Source of the DNA: a virus | Direction: 5' to 3' (one strand) | DNA length: 64,000 bases | Virus record (IMG/VR): IMGVR_UViG_3300019886_000067 | Coordinates: 16,398 to 80,397 of that record | In this document: positions 9,869-20,651 of the stretch, piece by piece | How positions within the stretch are numbered: position 1 is the stretch's first letter | Layout: every line of letters begins with the position of its first letter | The notes under the pieces: generated by a model | The model's database searches: none | Told to the model about the DNA's origin: nothing | The model's input: the letters and a program-made list of their open reading frames with translations, nothing else | Position numbers and translations under genes: made by a program

Positions 9869-9884
9869 ACAAGTAGTCTATCAC

Positions 9885-10346
9885 TTATCCCAGACTTGCG
9901 ACGAAAGATATGCTGTAAAGGGAAATCCAAGAGCCAGTAGCGCCAGTATTAGTCGTACCGCCAATTGAGCCTCCTATCAAGATAGTCCCATCGGACCTGA
10001 CAGGAACGTATGCACTACCAACATTCGTCCCATCAAAGTAGAAAGACGGGAAAAGGATGTTCAGTGCCGGACGATAGCCTTCCGGCAGCGTAGCGATAGT
10101 TGCCCCATATGAGTAAGGGCTAGTTGCTTTAACAAGTCCTTGTATCCGAACGATGCCATTAGAATCCTTCGAATACTTACAAGTGACGTTGCCCAATTCG
10201 TAGTTGGCAAAGCCAGCATTGAATGGAAGACCATTCCATGCTGTAGTGCGCGCCCCTTCAATCTGAGTCAAGCGCTGTTCAATTTCAGCTAGGCGTTGGG
10301 CCATAGCCTGTTCGCGGTTGATTGGCTGAGGATTTCTTAGGCCCAT
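9885..10346 (-). CDS. minor tail/fibre protein
   Basis: GIVRIQGLV...IATLPEGYRP fibre-tip motif; N-terminal coiled coil. Confidence 0.75.
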   Translation of the reverse strand: MGLRNPQPINREQAMAQRLAEIEQRLTQIEGARTTAWNGLPFNAGFANYELGNVTCKYSKDSNGIVRIQGLVKATSPYSYGATIATLPEGYRPALNILFPSFYFDGTNVGSAYVPVRSDGTILIGGSIGGTTNTGATGSWISLYSISFVASLG

Positions 10347-10347
10347 T

Positions 10348-11463
10348 TTAGCTTGTGTTAGACAACGTTAGTGTCTGTGTCTCCTTGAAGTTTTCATCGA
10401 GCGCGTATTCCGCTCCCCACACACGCACCATTGCATCGAAGTGTATCACTTCCTTCTGTACGATACGCACGCGCACACTGTCTCCGATTTTGTAATCAAC
10501 ACCGACACTAGGGACAGGAGAGACGCCAGTCAAAGCATTAGGTGCAACATTCGTGGACGGCTGAAAGACTATTGTCTGACGTGGATTCTTGCGGACTTCA
10601 ATATTCTCATTGACGAGAGCTTGCCGTAGAGTTGTGTTCAAGATGTTGGCCGTAACAAGAGCTTCCTGTAGACCATATGTCGAAATGCTTGAGGCATTTT
10701 CAGCACTCACAGTCGGAGCGCCGGCCGCTTCCGGGCCTGCGGCAGTAAAGTTGTAAGCACGGTTAGCCAAAGTCGTACGATCTACCGTGCGCGTAAACGA
10801 AGCAATGTTATTGCGGCCGACTCCCCACTCAAACACAGCGTTGGCCTGTTCGACGTTAATCTCATTGGCGATGATAATACGCCCGATCTTTTGGCTCACC
10901 ACTAGGCCATTGATGTAGTTCTCCTGCGGGATGATGTCCCAATCGAAGCCTTCAGCCGTGTTGGACATATCATCTAGCACTTCGGCTAGCGTTCTGTAAG
11001 GCGTGGATTCGTAGATGGCCGTACTGCCGCCGCTAATTGGTCCTGTCGTGTAGTCAATATGCGTCTCACCCTCAGCGTTGGCAGAAGCAAGATGTTCGAT
11101 GAACTTGGCAGACCTAGCATTGGCTCCCAGCGTTTTGATACCTGAAGCCTGACGACCGCGTAGACGTTGAGTAAATATCCACTCAGGACCAGAAGCATTG
11201 ACTTGAATGGTCGCATTGTCTCCTGCTCCTACTTCTGCCACGGTGATAAGCGGGCCGTAGAAGAGTAGTACCTTGTTCCGGTAAATCTTCAAATAGCCGA
11301 GGTCGCTAATCATGCTTACGGCTAGTGGATTGTCTAGCCTAATGTTAAAGCTAGCCGTGTTAACTTTGTTCAACGGTAGAGTTAGCTTAGCTTCACGGAA
11401 ATTAAGTATATCTCCAAGAGGCTTAAATGTTGAATCAGTTAGTTGCCAGGACCATTCAGTCAT
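10348..11463 (-). CDS. minor tail protein (hub/Tal-like)
   Basis: Position after the Dit-like gene; DYKIGDSVRV C-terminal motif. Confidence 0.75.
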   Translation of the reverse strand: MTEWSWQLTDSTFKPLGDILNFREAKLTLPLNKVNTASFNIRLDNPLAVSMISDLGYLKIYRNKVLLFYGPLITVAEVGAGDNATIQVNASGPEWIFTQRLRGRQASGIKTLGANARSAKFIEHLASANAEGETHIDYTTGPISGGSTAIYESTPYRTLAEVLDDMSNTAEGFDWDIIPQENYINGLVVSQKIGRIIIANEINVEQANAVFEWGVGRNNIASFTRTVDRTTLANRAYNFTAAGPEAAGAPTVSAENASSISTYGLQEALVTANILNTTLRQALVNENIEVRKNPRQTIVFQPSTNVAPNALTGVSPVPSVGVDYKIGDSVRVRIVQKEVIHFDAMVRVWGAEYALDENFKETQTLTLSNTS

Positions 11464-11464
11464 G

Positions 11465-14329
11465 CTAAATCCAGGCGTTGCGCCATTCCACAATAGCGCT
11501 CATACTTTCGGCTTTCAATTGTGCCACAATCTCAATCCTATTTTCCCCAGGCACTAGCCCAAACCATTCAGTAGCAGCAAAGTTGACCGAGCCATAGATA
11601 GAGCCGGTAGCCGTTGATACCGTCCGGTTTAGCGTGTCAATAACGCCGGTAAATGTAGGTTCTGTCAGACTAATTGTGTTCACTGTGCCTGTGAGAGCAT
11701 TAATCCATGTGGCGTTAGACGCGCTAACGAATATGCCTCGTGGTTCAGCTTGTCCAGCAACCCATTCATTTTCTACTTCCGTGCCAGTTATTGTAGAGCG
11801 GCCTATGGTGCCGCTGGCAGTATTAGTCCAGTAAATATGTCCAGCATCTACAGCTATACTAGTAGCTTTAGTCCCAGAAACGATTGTTTTAGGGCTGGCT
11901 CCGCTGAGAAGAGATTCCTTGATTTCTCCTGTAGTAGTAGCCCACCATAGTTTTGTGGCTGTTACAAGAATCCCTGAGCCTTTGAGCATATTAGCGCCGG
12001 CAATGATTGTTGTTTTTTCAGTTCCAGTTAGGGTCGTCCTGTTGATGTTGGTTCTGTCCCCATAGAATAGATTTGATTCATTCGCGGCTATGCCAAAGAT
12101 TTCTTCTGGCAAAGTTGCAGTAAACACAAATTCATCAGAGAAAAAGCCCTTTAGGGTTGAGTGAACACTGTAGTTGCCTCCCCCTGGGTTGTTGAAGCAG
12201 ACATACATCTTAGTCCCATTTGCTGCTAGACCTGACGGAACAGCAGGCGTGAGGCTATTCCATGTGTTATTTAGTCCTGTTCCATTTATGCCTATCTTAC
12301 CAAAAGCAATTGAGTTGTATGTGTACCAAAATGTGCTGCCGTCGTTTGCTACATAGGAGACGCCGCTGGACAAACCTCCCGCAAGCTGAATAGACAATGC
12401 TGGGTTGTAGTTGATAACAACCTGTTGTTTGGTTGTGGCATTGACTACTTCAAAGTTACGTGGTTTGCCTGTAAATATTATTAGCGGGTAAGTGATAACA
12501 CTACCTGTATTAGTAACTACCTTATACCCTGTGATTGGCACAGAGGAGATCGTACCTTCATTGAAGTTCGTAATAAAGAGGGTAGCTGTTTCGCCTGTTC
12601 CAGTGATCGCACTTCCATATGGGCCGGCCGCGCCAGAGTTGATGAAGTCTTCCATTATGTTTTCGCCATTAAGGTCAGCCCGTCTTACCTGACCACCTGC
12701 GTAGCAGCACCAATAGATATTTGTGGCACTAACGCAAGGATAAGCGGGTTCATTGCCTCCTTTAGAGATCCAAGAGTTTTCTATGCTTGCTCCGGCTATT
12801 GTGGCACGCCCAATCAAGCCATTTTTACGATCAGCCCAATATATATGCCCAGCATCAACACAAATACCGGATACATTGTTGAGCGGAAACAACCAGTTAG
12901 CTTCGATAGTGCCGCCGGCAACCGTCATGCGGCCGATAGCAAATTCCTTGGCCCAATAAATATGACCTGCGTCAACTGCAATACCTGCGCCGCCGGTAGT
13001 TACAGCCTGCCACACACTTTCGATTGTTCCTCCCGCAACTGTGCAGCGACCTATGCCTTTTGTGCTGTTCCAATAGACGTGACCAGCATCTACAGCAACC
13101 CCATTAGAGGATTCAGCTATAGTGACCCATTTAGGTTCAACGGAACCTCCTGAAATGGTAGCCCGACCAATGAAAGCTTCTCCCGAGCACCAATAAACAT
13201 GCACGCCATCTGTGGCAACTGCCTTGGGATGTATACCAGTGGAAAGTAGTTGCTGAACAATAGCCGGAAAAACATTTGCGCTCTGAGCGGTAGTGCCATA
13301 GAGACGAGGATCGGCCGCTACCATCAAAAGCTGAAAGCTCTTAGACCATCCACCTGTAATACGGCAAGCCTGTTGACGGCGTACTTTCACAAACTGTCGT
13401 TCTCCGCCGGCCGGTGTCCATTCCAGCGTGGCATCTTCGCGCATGGCATTTGAAGCCTGAAGCAGTTTGGTGATCTTGATGTTACGATCTTCATTGCTGG
13501 TGACGTTGTATATCGTGCCAGAAAGAGTAATCGGGCGACGACCGTGGAAGAAACTTCCATGAACACCACCGTCCATGCCTGTGATGTTCTCCGCGTTCTC
13601 GCGCACTTCCGGCGAATCAAGTCCAGTAGCTTCCGTGATAGAGCCAACGAAGTTAGGATCGAATGGGTCGTTGAACGTCGCAATAGTTCCGTCCGGGCCG
13701 GTGAGCGTGTACTTGGTCGAAAGCTGAGGACCGGACGGCAGAATAGCCCCAGGATGGTTAAGCCTGTTCCAGAAGTTTGTAGCAGACTTTCCAGCAGCGC
13801 CGGCCCATTCGTATCCCTCAACATCACCATCTACATAACTTTCAGTGGCGCTAACAGCAGTAAAGATTATTTTCAGTGCAGCAGGCGTAACAGGAGTACG
13901 AATTGTAAAAAAGGCTGTTCCTGTTTTAGTCGGTGTCAGCGTAACAAAGCGACGATTCCAACCTAGAGCAGTCTGCGTCCATGCAACAAGGTTATTGCCT
14001 ACAACGCTAGAACCAAGACCCGCTTCAAGTTTATGCCCGGCAATTTCTTCATACACCGAGAACCATACAGTGATCGGAATTCCTTCTACAACAGGAATTT
14101 CTTCGATCATTGTTCCTTCAAATGTAGCTGTGCCGGCAGTCGTTATGTTGCAATAGCTTGTTAGGCCAAAAATACTTGCAGACTGGCTATACCCAGGAAT
14201 TTGCTGCACCAAAGTGGTTGCTCCCAAGTTGACGAAGAAAGATGATGTGGTGCGCCAGCCAAACGCAGACGTAGCCCCATTGCCGTCATGCGAGAATCCT
14301 GGGTTTATGATTGGGTTTACAGCGGCCAT
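11465..14329 (-). CDS. distal-tail (Dit-like) protein with inserted beta-propeller repeats
   Basis: Follows TMP; DGGVHGSFFHGRRPITLSG, ADPRLYG, GLVPGENRI...WRNAWI; repeated GIAVDAGHIYW blades. Confidence 0.8.
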   Translation of the reverse strand: MAAVNPIINPGFSHDGNGATSAFGWRTTSSFFVNLGATTLVQQIPGYSQSASIFGLTSYCNITTAGTATFEGTMIEEIPVVEGIPITVWFSVYEEIAGHKLEAGLGSSVVGNNLVAWTQTALGWNRRFVTLTPTKTGTAFFTIRTPVTPAALKIIFTAVSATESYVDGDVEGYEWAGAAGKSATNFWNRLNHPGAILPSGPQLSTKYTLTGPDGTIATFNDPFDPNFVGSITEATGLDSPEVRENAENITGMDGGVHGSFFHGRRPITLSGTIYNVTSNEDRNIKITKLLQASNAMREDATLEWTPAGGERQFVKVRRQQACRITGGWSKSFQLLMVAADPRLYGTTAQSANVFPAIVQQLLSTGIHPKAVATDGVHVYWCSGEAFIGRATISGGSVEPKWVTIAESSNGVAVDAGHVYWNSTKGIGRCTVAGGTIESVWQAVTTGGAGIAVDAGHIYWAKEFAIGRMTVAGGTIEANWLFPLNNVSGICVDAGHIYWADRKNGLIGRATIAGASIENSWISKGGNEPAYPCVSATNIYWCCYAGGQVRRADLNGENIMEDFINSGAAGPYGSAITGTGETATLFITNFNEGTISSVPITGYKVVTNTGSVITYPLIIFTGKPRNFEVVNATTKQQVVINYNPALSIQLAGGLSSGVSYVANDGSTFWYTYNSIAFGKIGINGTGLNNTWNSLTPAVPSGLAANGTKMYVCFNNPGGGNYSVHSTLKGFFSDEFVFTATLPEEIFGIAANESNLFYGDRTNINRTTLTGTEKTTIIAGANMLKGSGILVTATKLWWATTTGEIKESLLSGASPKTIVSGTKATSIAVDAGHIYWTNTASGTIGRSTITGTEVENEWVAGQAEPRGIFVSASNATWINALTGTVNTISLTEPTFTGVIDTLNRTVSTATGSIYGSVNFAATEWFGLVPGENRIEIVAQLKAESMSAIVEWRNAWI

Positions 14330-17300
14330 TACAACGCAGCCCCAAGCTCCCAGGCAACGCCCTGAGACCAGGCGTGCGGCTCAGGTGGTGGCTGCTGGAA
14401 GTGGTTGTTTACGTGCATGTTCACTACGTTTGGCTGTGCTGTGGTTTGGGCTACGGCGTTTTGTCCGCCGCCGCCCGTGAAAGCTGGCTGTGCCGGCACT
14501 TGCGTAGGAGCCTGCGCCCAAATAGGCTTGAAGTTACCGCCGTAGTTGGTATAGAGTTCCTGACGAACTTGGCTAAAGTTTACCATATCGTTGTAAGCGT
14601 TGCTTTCAGCGACGCCCTTATCCTGGGCGACTTGTTCTGCAAGCCCCTGATACGTGCCACGGGCGGATGTCACATCGTTAGCAATTTCAGTGATTGTTTC
14701 GTCCGGTGCTCCGCCTGCCTCAGCCTTAGCAAGCACACCTTCCCAAAAGCTTTGTAGGTTCAAGGAGGACGCAAGGTCATCCTGAATCGTTGGAAGCTCC
14801 TCGTTCTGAGGCGTGTTCGGATTGTCTGGCATGTTGTTGGTTTGCGCAATAGCGTAAGCCTTGTTTAGGCTCGCTAGGGTGCCCTTCATCCCAAGCTCTT
14901 CAACATACTTGTCGGCGCTCGGGGGACCTTCAGCTTCGGCAGCAGACGATCCTTCTGGGCCGTAAGTTTCCATCGAAGTAGTTTCAACGCTCGCGCTTTC
15001 AGTTGCAGCTTCTTCTTTTTCAATGCTGTCTATTAGCGCCGTAAAGGCTGCGCTAGGGTACTTGGAAGCGATAGCCTGCGCCGTACGCTTAGCATTGCCA
15101 AGGATGCCCTGTAGCTTACCGATTGATCCACGACGGTCTCCCAGGATTGCATTCCAGCCATTTGCGCCTTCCTTGAGTTTATTGTCTCCTGTCCTGTTGT
15201 ATTCGGAAGCAATGTTCTGAAGTCGTGTTTGATCTGTACCGATCACATTGTTCAGATGTTCAATTTCTTTGTTGGCTGCCTCTAGCCTTCCCTTGTCGGC
15301 GTGCGCCGTCCTAGAGTCAGCTTCTAGTTGTGGAATGGACTTGTAGTTGACGTGACGATATACACCGCCGGTCTTCTCGACTACGCGAATGCCGCGCTCG
15401 TATTCCGCAAGAGTTTCTTCTGCGTGCTTAGTAGATTTCTTAGCGGATGCAAGGCTCTTGCCCTTCTTGCCGTGCTCTGATTCCTTCGCATGATGCAAAG
15501 ACTTCAGAGCAGAGTCCTTCTGATTCTTGAGCGTGACAAGCTTGTTTTTCTCAGAGCTTAGAGCCTGGTCGATCTTGCTGGTTATTTCTTCTACCTGGCC
15601 CATCGGCACGGCCGCAGCCGAGTACGGGTCTGGTATTTTCAGAGCGACGATTGCTTTAGCGGTCGTGCCTGTTCCTGGCGCAGAGTCTCCGGTGGCTGCT
15701 TTGCCTTTACCTTTTTTAGCCGGCGCTTTTTTAGCCGATTTCTTGCCCTTAGCGGCTTCGTCCACGTTGTAGCCGAGAGCGTCCGCAGCTTCCTTCAGGT
15801 AAACAACGTTGTCCCCACGGTAAGCAGGATTAGTAGCGATGACATACTCGTTGCGGTTCTCCTCACCTACAAGCAGCGTCGGACGATTGTACTTTCCGCC
15901 GGTTGTCTTTTCCCAAGGTTCGTGAACGCCGCCCTCTGCTTTGCCAAATACTTTGCTGACCGCATTAGTCACCGTGTTGACCGTATGAGTGGCGATTGTT
16001 ACTGTCTTGGAAGCAATGCCGGCGATTGCGTCTCCTAGAGACTGCACAGCCCCAAGGCCAGAAACATCGGCCGTAACTTTGGAGTTGTGCTGAGTCGGAA
16101 CGCCCAGGATTGCAGCAGCCGCGCGGCGGGCTATGGCAGAGACGCCATCGTGTCCAACAATGTTGCTGTTCTTGGTTGGGATTTTGATTCCAAGTATGTG
16201 ATCTAGCGTCGCCACGGCCGCAGGGCCACCGTGACTAATAATCGCTACCTGCTTAGCAGACAGTTTGATGCCATCAATGTGCTGTAGAAGTGCCACAACC
16301 TTCGGGCCGTCCGAGGCGCTGATGTGAACGTACTTAGCTGCAATCTGAGCATTCGATAGAGACTGAAGAGCCTGCTTAGCGCTAGACGCATCCGCCACAA
16401 CCTTCATAACGACCTTCTGGCTTAGGCCAGCGCCAAGTGCCGAGCTTGCAGCCTTGGAGACAGACGCCACGTCGTTGCTGCTTGTGAACTTGGTTGCGAT
16501 TTTCAGCGCGATTGGCTTGCTGCCGGTTCGCGCTAGGTTGCCAATGGCCTGTTCAGCCTGCTTGGAAAGTTCAGGCAAGCCACGGTACGAGCGTACGAGG
16601 TTAGAACTAACGGCAGCCTGGCGGTTCAATGCTTGCGTAAGCTGACCAGCCTGGTAGATACGCTGTTCTTCGATCTTGGCAAGTTCCTTGGCGTCAGAAA
16701 ACTCCTTGACTCCGCCGAGCTTAGTCTTGTCTTCCTTCATCTGCTGGTGCTTAGACGCAGAGAGCTTCTGCGTAGCAGCAACAGCCTTTTCAAGACCTTC
16801 AACGTCCTTACCTGATGCAGTTTCGGCGGCTTTAGATTGTGTCTGGTATTCGCTGCGCAGGCGGATGTTCTGACGCAGGGCTTCGTTGTAGGATAGTTCG
16901 GCGCGCTCGTGCTCTACTGTGCCCTTGTGTGTATGGTCAAGCTGCTCCTTGAGTTCCTTCAAGCCAATGTTGGAGGCGTGTAGCTGAGACCCAGATTCAG
17001 TCATCGCCGTCGTTAGGCCACCCCAGGAAGCCTTGAGACGCGCGTTAGCCGTGGCTCCCTGGTGTAGCTGACCTTCAAGTTCAGACGCGGCATCCTTGGT
17101 TTTGAGGAAGTGGAAGGCTAGTAGGCCGGCTCCTGCTACCAAAGCAGAGATTCCAAGGGTCTCAGGTGCCAGGACGGCTCCGAGGCCCGCTACGGACGCT
17201 GTAAGGCCCTCTGTGGCGACCTCAGCGGTGCCGATCTCGGACGCTGCCGCTGCTCCGCCGCCTGCACCGAAGATTCCCTTGACAAAGTTGAGGCCCTTGC

Positions 17301-19623
17301 CGAGCAAGCCGCCGCCTGCGGCTGCCCCAGCGGCACCCTCAGCCGCACTTGCAGCGCCGCCGGCCGCTCCACCTGCTGCCTCAGCGGTGCCAATCTCCGC
17401 CCCTGCTGCTGCGCCGCCGCTCATCAGCGCGGCGCGTATCTCAGCGGCTACGGCCGAGCCAGCCTCCGTCATCGACACAGCTATGGTTGCGCCGGCCGTG
17501 CGAGCCCCGCCGACTAGACCGCTTCCAATGTTGAACGCGCCAGTACCTAGAGCCTTGATTGTTCCTATTGCGCCAAGCTCACGCATCAAGGACACAGCCT
17601 TGACAAGCATCCCAATAAAGCTGCCAATCTTATTGACCGCAAAGATCGCACCGATGGTCGCTCCAAGAGCGCCTAGTGGGCCACCTAGACCCACTAGTTT
17701 TGTGATGCCCTCAATGAGCCTTGCCACAAAGCTAATTCCGTGTAGAAGTCCTGTAGTGAATGGGGCAAGTAGGTTGCTCCACTGCACAAACGAAGCGATA
17801 AGCGGGCCAAGCGCGCCGGCCAACGCCTTCACATCATCAGCCGAGCGGTTGAAGAAGCGCGTCATATCCTGCTGACCCTTACCAGTCTGCAAGAATTTGT
17901 TCCACGAATCAGTAGCGTGGCTCATGGAGCGCACGAGATTGTCGCCCGCATCCGCGCTGCCGTTTAGGACAGTGCCAAGTAGTTTACCGAGTGAGCCGAA
18001 TAGGTGTATCAAGTCGCCAGCGTGCGAGCCCAGGCGCGTAATCTCACCGTCGAGCTTAGCGCCAGGCTGAGTTGCCTTGTCAAGATCGGACGCCCATTTG
18101 CGGAATCCATCGCCGGCCGGACCAGCAAAGATACGTGCGCCCGCCTCGCCTACGTGGATGAAAGCCGCTCCAATGTGCTGAAGCCCAGACAGCGCCGGCA
18201 AAAGGAACTTGTTAGCGCTAGACCCCAGGGAATCAAACATTTTGATACCACTCGGGGAGCGCATCTTAGCCAGCACGTTATCCAAGCGCGAGGATACGAT
18301 GTTCATAGTTGTGTCTGTGTTGTGCGCAAGCCCTGGCATGAGCTTCGCGGCAGTTTCGATTCCGTGGGAGAGCACAGAACCGAAGTCACGCTTGGCCGTT
18401 GCACCTGTTAGGTGTGCCCACTCTGTGCTCATCAGGTGTAGCCCGATTGCAGCATCACGGGCTTGCGGGCTGACGCTCTTCAGCGTCGAATTCATCTGGT
18501 CCTGGGCTGTCTTGGCTTGCTTGGAATCCTTGCCGTACTTCTGAATGGCAGTAGCGTAAGCCTTAGTAGCCGCCTCAGCCGCAGAGAAATCAGCGATTGC
18601 CGGCTTGAGAGCAGCAAACATTCCACCAAAGTTGAGTGCAAGTCCGGTAACTACACCACTAGCCACACTAGCGGCTCCAACAAAGCCTGTCCCTAGTACC
18701 CCAATCAGGGACACGAGCCCTCCTCCAAGGCTCGTTAGGATCGGAGATAGGGCCGCCGCCGCAGCCGCAAGTGTTCGCGCCGTGCCGGAAATCGGTCCGG
18801 CGCTGATACGGATGTTGCCGATGTTGTCGGCCTTGTTGCCGATGTCATTCAGGAATCCAAGCAGTTTGATCTTCGTGCGCTGCAAGAATCCCTCATCGGT
18901 GTCAACCTTGACGTGTACCGGCGGGTGCCCACCAATAGCATTTAGCTCCGCCTTCACAGCCGCCATGCGCGAGCGTAGGAAGTCCTCATCAAGGCCAAGC
19001 TTGATCTTCGCCTCCTTACCAAACGGCGTACGCTGCTGCGCAACCTTCTCGATCTTGTCTGTAAGGCCGGCGTACTCCTTGCGAAGCTGAGCGATTCGCT
19101 GCTGTTGCTTGGCTGCCGCAAGCTCAGCGCGCGTGGCTGCTGTGCTCTCAAGATAAGCTGCCTTTTCAGCATCCTTAGAAGCACGAGCCTCCGCTGCCTG
19201 AACTTGCGCGCGGCGGCGAGAATAAGTGTCGTATGCTTTCTGACGGTCAGACTCAGCCTTGGCGATTGCAGCCTCGGCCGCAAGAGCCTTCTCGGCACCT
19301 TGTACCTCGATCTTGACCTCAGCCTTGCGGCCATTCAAGCGAGTGAGAGAAAGTTCAGCAGCCGCTATCTTGCGGTCAAGGTCATCCTTATTAGCCTTGA
19401 CGACTACCTCTGCACGCTCAGCCTTGAGCGAGTCGATCTTAGCTTTTACGCGATCAACAGCCTCATCGAAGCGTGCGGTCTCCGCGTCGATCTTAGCCTT
19501 AGCCTCCATGCGGCTGATAGCCGCCATTTTGGCCTGAAACTCTGCCTCTACACGATCTAGGCCAGCGCGAGCATCACCGTCGTTTAGGGTGATATTGATA
19601 TCGCCTTTTGCAACCTCTGTCAT
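14329..19623 (-). CDS. tape measure protein
   Basis: 1764 aa, Ala/Gly-rich helical, LVGEE..EYVI motif, downstream of the chaperones. Confidence 0.92.
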   Translation of the reverse strand: MTEVAKGDINITLNDGDARAGLDRVEAEFQAKMAAISRMEAKAKIDAETARFDEAVDRVKAKIDSLKAERAEVVVKANKDDLDRKIAAAELSLTRLNGRKAEVKIEVQGAEKALAAEAAIAKAESDRQKAYDTYSRRRAQVQAAEARASKDAEKAAYLESTAATRAELAAAKQQQRIAQLRKEYAGLTDKIEKVAQQRTPFGKEAKIKLGLDEDFLRSRMAAVKAELNAIGGHPPVHVKVDTDEGFLQRTKIKLLGFLNDIGNKADNIGNIRISAGPISGTARTLAAAAAALSPILTSLGGGLVSLIGVLGTGFVGAASVASGVVTGLALNFGGMFAALKPAIADFSAAEAATKAYATAIQKYGKDSKQAKTAQDQMNSTLKSVSPQARDAAIGLHLMSTEWAHLTGATAKRDFGSVLSHGIETAAKLMPGLAHNTDTTMNIVSSRLDNVLAKMRSPSGIKMFDSLGSSANKFLLPALSGLQHIGAAFIHVGEAGARIFAGPAGDGFRKWASDLDKATQPGAKLDGEITRLGSHAGDLIHLFGSLGKLLGTVLNGSADAGDNLVRSMSHATDSWNKFLQTGKGQQDMTRFFNRSADDVKALAGALGPLIASFVQWSNLLAPFTTGLLHGISFVARLIEGITKLVGLGGPLGALGATIGAIFAVNKIGSFIGMLVKAVSLMRELGAIGTIKALGTGAFNIGSGLVGGARTAGATIAVSMTEAGSAVAAEIRAALMSGGAAAGAEIGTAEAAGGAAGGAASAAEGAAGAAAGGGLLGKGLNFVKGIFGAGGGAAAASEIGTAEVATEGLTASVAGLGAVLAPETLGISALVAGAGLLAFHFLKTKDAASELEGQLHQGATANARLKASWGGLTTAMTESGSQLHASNIGLKELKEQLDHTHKGTVEHERAELSYNEALRQNIRLRSEYQTQSKAAETASGKDVEGLEKAVAATQKLSASKHQQMKEDKTKLGGVKEFSDAKELAKIEEQRIYQAGQLTQALNRQAAVSSNLVRSYRGLPELSKQAEQAIGNLARTGSKPIALKIATKFTSSNDVASVSKAASSALGAGLSQKVVMKVVADASSAKQALQSLSNAQIAAKYVHISASDGPKVVALLQHIDGIKLSAKQVAIISHGGPAAVATLDHILGIKIPTKNSNIVGHDGVSAIARRAAAAILGVPTQHNSKVTADVSGLGAVQSLGDAIAGIASKTVTIATHTVNTVTNAVSKVFGKAEGGVHEPWEKTTGGKYNRPTLLVGEENRNEYVIATNPAYRGDNVVYLKEAADALGYNVDEAAKGKKSAKKAPAKKGKGKAATGDSAPGTGTTAKAIVALKIPDPYSAAAVPMGQVEEITSKIDQALSSEKNKLVTLKNQKDSALKSLHHAKESEHGKKGKSLASAKKSTKHAEETLAEYERGIRVVEKTGGVYRHVNYKSIPQLEADSRTAHADKGRLEAANKEIEHLNNVIGTDQTRLQNIASEYNRTGDNKLKEGANGWNAILGDRRGSIGKLQGILGNAKRTAQAIASKYPSAAFTALIDSIEKEEAATESASVETTSMETYGPEGSSAAEAEGPPSADKYVEELGMKGTLASLNKAYAIAQTNNMPDNPNTPQNEELPTIQDDLASSLNLQSFWEGVLAKAEAGGAPDETITEIANDVTSARGTYQGLAEQVAQDKGVAESNAYNDMVNFSQVRQELYTNYGGNFKPIWAQAPTQVPAQPAFTGGGGQNAVAQTTAQPNVVNMHVNNHFQQPPPEPHAWSQGVAWELGAAL

Positions 19624-19648
19624 ATGATTTCACCCCCTAGATCACAAC

Positions 19649-19683
19649 GACCGCACGAAACGTATAGTACGTTTCGTGCGGTC
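19649..19683. repeat. perfect 16-bp inverted repeat
   Basis: GACCGCACGAAACGTA-TAG-TACGTTTCGTGCGGTC between TAC and TMP. Confidence 0.8.
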
Positions 19684-19705
19684 TCGATTGCTGTGAATGA
19701 GTACA

Positions 19706-19918
19706 TCATGCTCCTACGCGCTGCCTTAGATCGTCTGTATTTTTCTGCCAATCCTTCTTCTTTGCTTCCTCTTCGGCAGCTTTTCTTTCCTGCAAATACT
19801 TCAATGTGACTGCCTCAGTGACCATGTAGTCGATCACATCGTCATCTGAGAATTTTGGAAACGGCCGTCCAGCCTCCTTGCTAATCGCCAGAATCCTCGT
19901 AGCTATAGGGGAGGCCAC
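19706..19918 (-). CDS. tail assembly chaperone, frameshifted extension (GT-like)
   Basis: Overlaps the chaperone ORF in the +1 frame; no RBS. Confidence 0.7.
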   Translation of the reverse strand: MASPIATRILAISKEAGRPFPKFSDDDVIDYMVTEAVTLKYLQERKAAEEEAKKKDWQKNTDDLRQRVGA

Positions 19919-20336
19919 GAAAGGAGCGCCACTCTTTTACACTCTCCAATCCTGCCAAATGATGTCCAACGGCATCAAGATCGCGTTGCCTGGTAGCAAT
20001 CTCCACTATCATTTCCTTGTCCTCAAAAGGAATAGCGCCGCTGGAAAAGTCCTCTTCTGTGACGGTTGGTGCCTTCACAGTAAGCACGCAGAGCTTGTTG
20101 AAGAAGTCTGCTTGCTGAACGATGTCCTCGCGTGTAACATCACGCTTGCCGGCGGCTACCTTGATAGCCATATCAACAAGCTCGTTTGGAATCTGGCCTG
20201 TCTTTACAAGGCCAGGAAGGTCGGGAACCTCAATCTCAACGACCGTGCTAGAAGGCAATGTGATCGTGTGAGTTTTGTTCTTCTTCCACTGCGCTAGCGA
20301 AGTGGGCTTAGCTGGACTGTCTAGTGCTGTCGGCAT
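19881..20336 (-). CDS. tail assembly chaperone (G-like)
   Basis: Between tail tube and TMP; GAGGAGG RBS. Confidence 0.8.
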   Translation of the reverse strand: MPTALDSPAKPTSLAQWKKNKTHTITLPSSTVVEIEVPDLPGLVKTGQIPNELVDMAIKVAAGKRDVTREDIVQQADFFNKLCVLTVKAPTVTEEDFSSGAIPFEDKEMIVEIATRQRDLDAVGHHLAGLESVKEWRSFRGLPYSYEDSGD

Positions 20337-20507
20337 TCGTTGTGTCCTCCTCGGACTGTACGGTGTTTAGTGTGTCTCTGATACGCGCAAGGTCGCGTAC
20401 TACAATCCTACTCTCTTTAGAGACGCGCTTAGCGTTAGCGAGAGCTAGATCGACCTGTGCGTTAAGGCTGTGATCGGCCATACATCAATGCTAGGCCATG
20501 ACTAGCC

Positions 20508-20541
20508 AAAAAGAAGAGCCCCTAACGGGGCTCTTCTTATT
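20508..20541 (-). terminator. intrinsic terminator
   Basis: AAGAAGAGCCCC-TAAC-GGGGCTCTTCTT with U-tract on the - strand. Confidence 0.75.
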
Positions 20542-20650
20542 TCTTCTTGGAAGACTTCTTTCGAGTCTTCTTGGCTGGTTTTGCGGCCGTAGCCTTCTTT
20601 TTGTAGCCTGGAAGGAACTGAGGAGGGACTTTGCCCTTCTTAGCCGCCAT
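20537..20650 (-). CDS. 37-aa lysine-rich protein
   Basis: MAAKKGKVPPQFLPGYKKKATAAKPAKKTRKKSSKKK, translated by hand. Confidence 0.55.
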   Translation of the reverse strand: MAAKKGKVPPQFLPGYKKKATAAKPAKKTRKKSSKKK

Positions 20651-20651
20651 C

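Noticed and set aside
15023-19560. + strand ORFs opposite the tape measure gene and other structural genes
   Set aside because: Antisense shadows of long Ala-rich genes.
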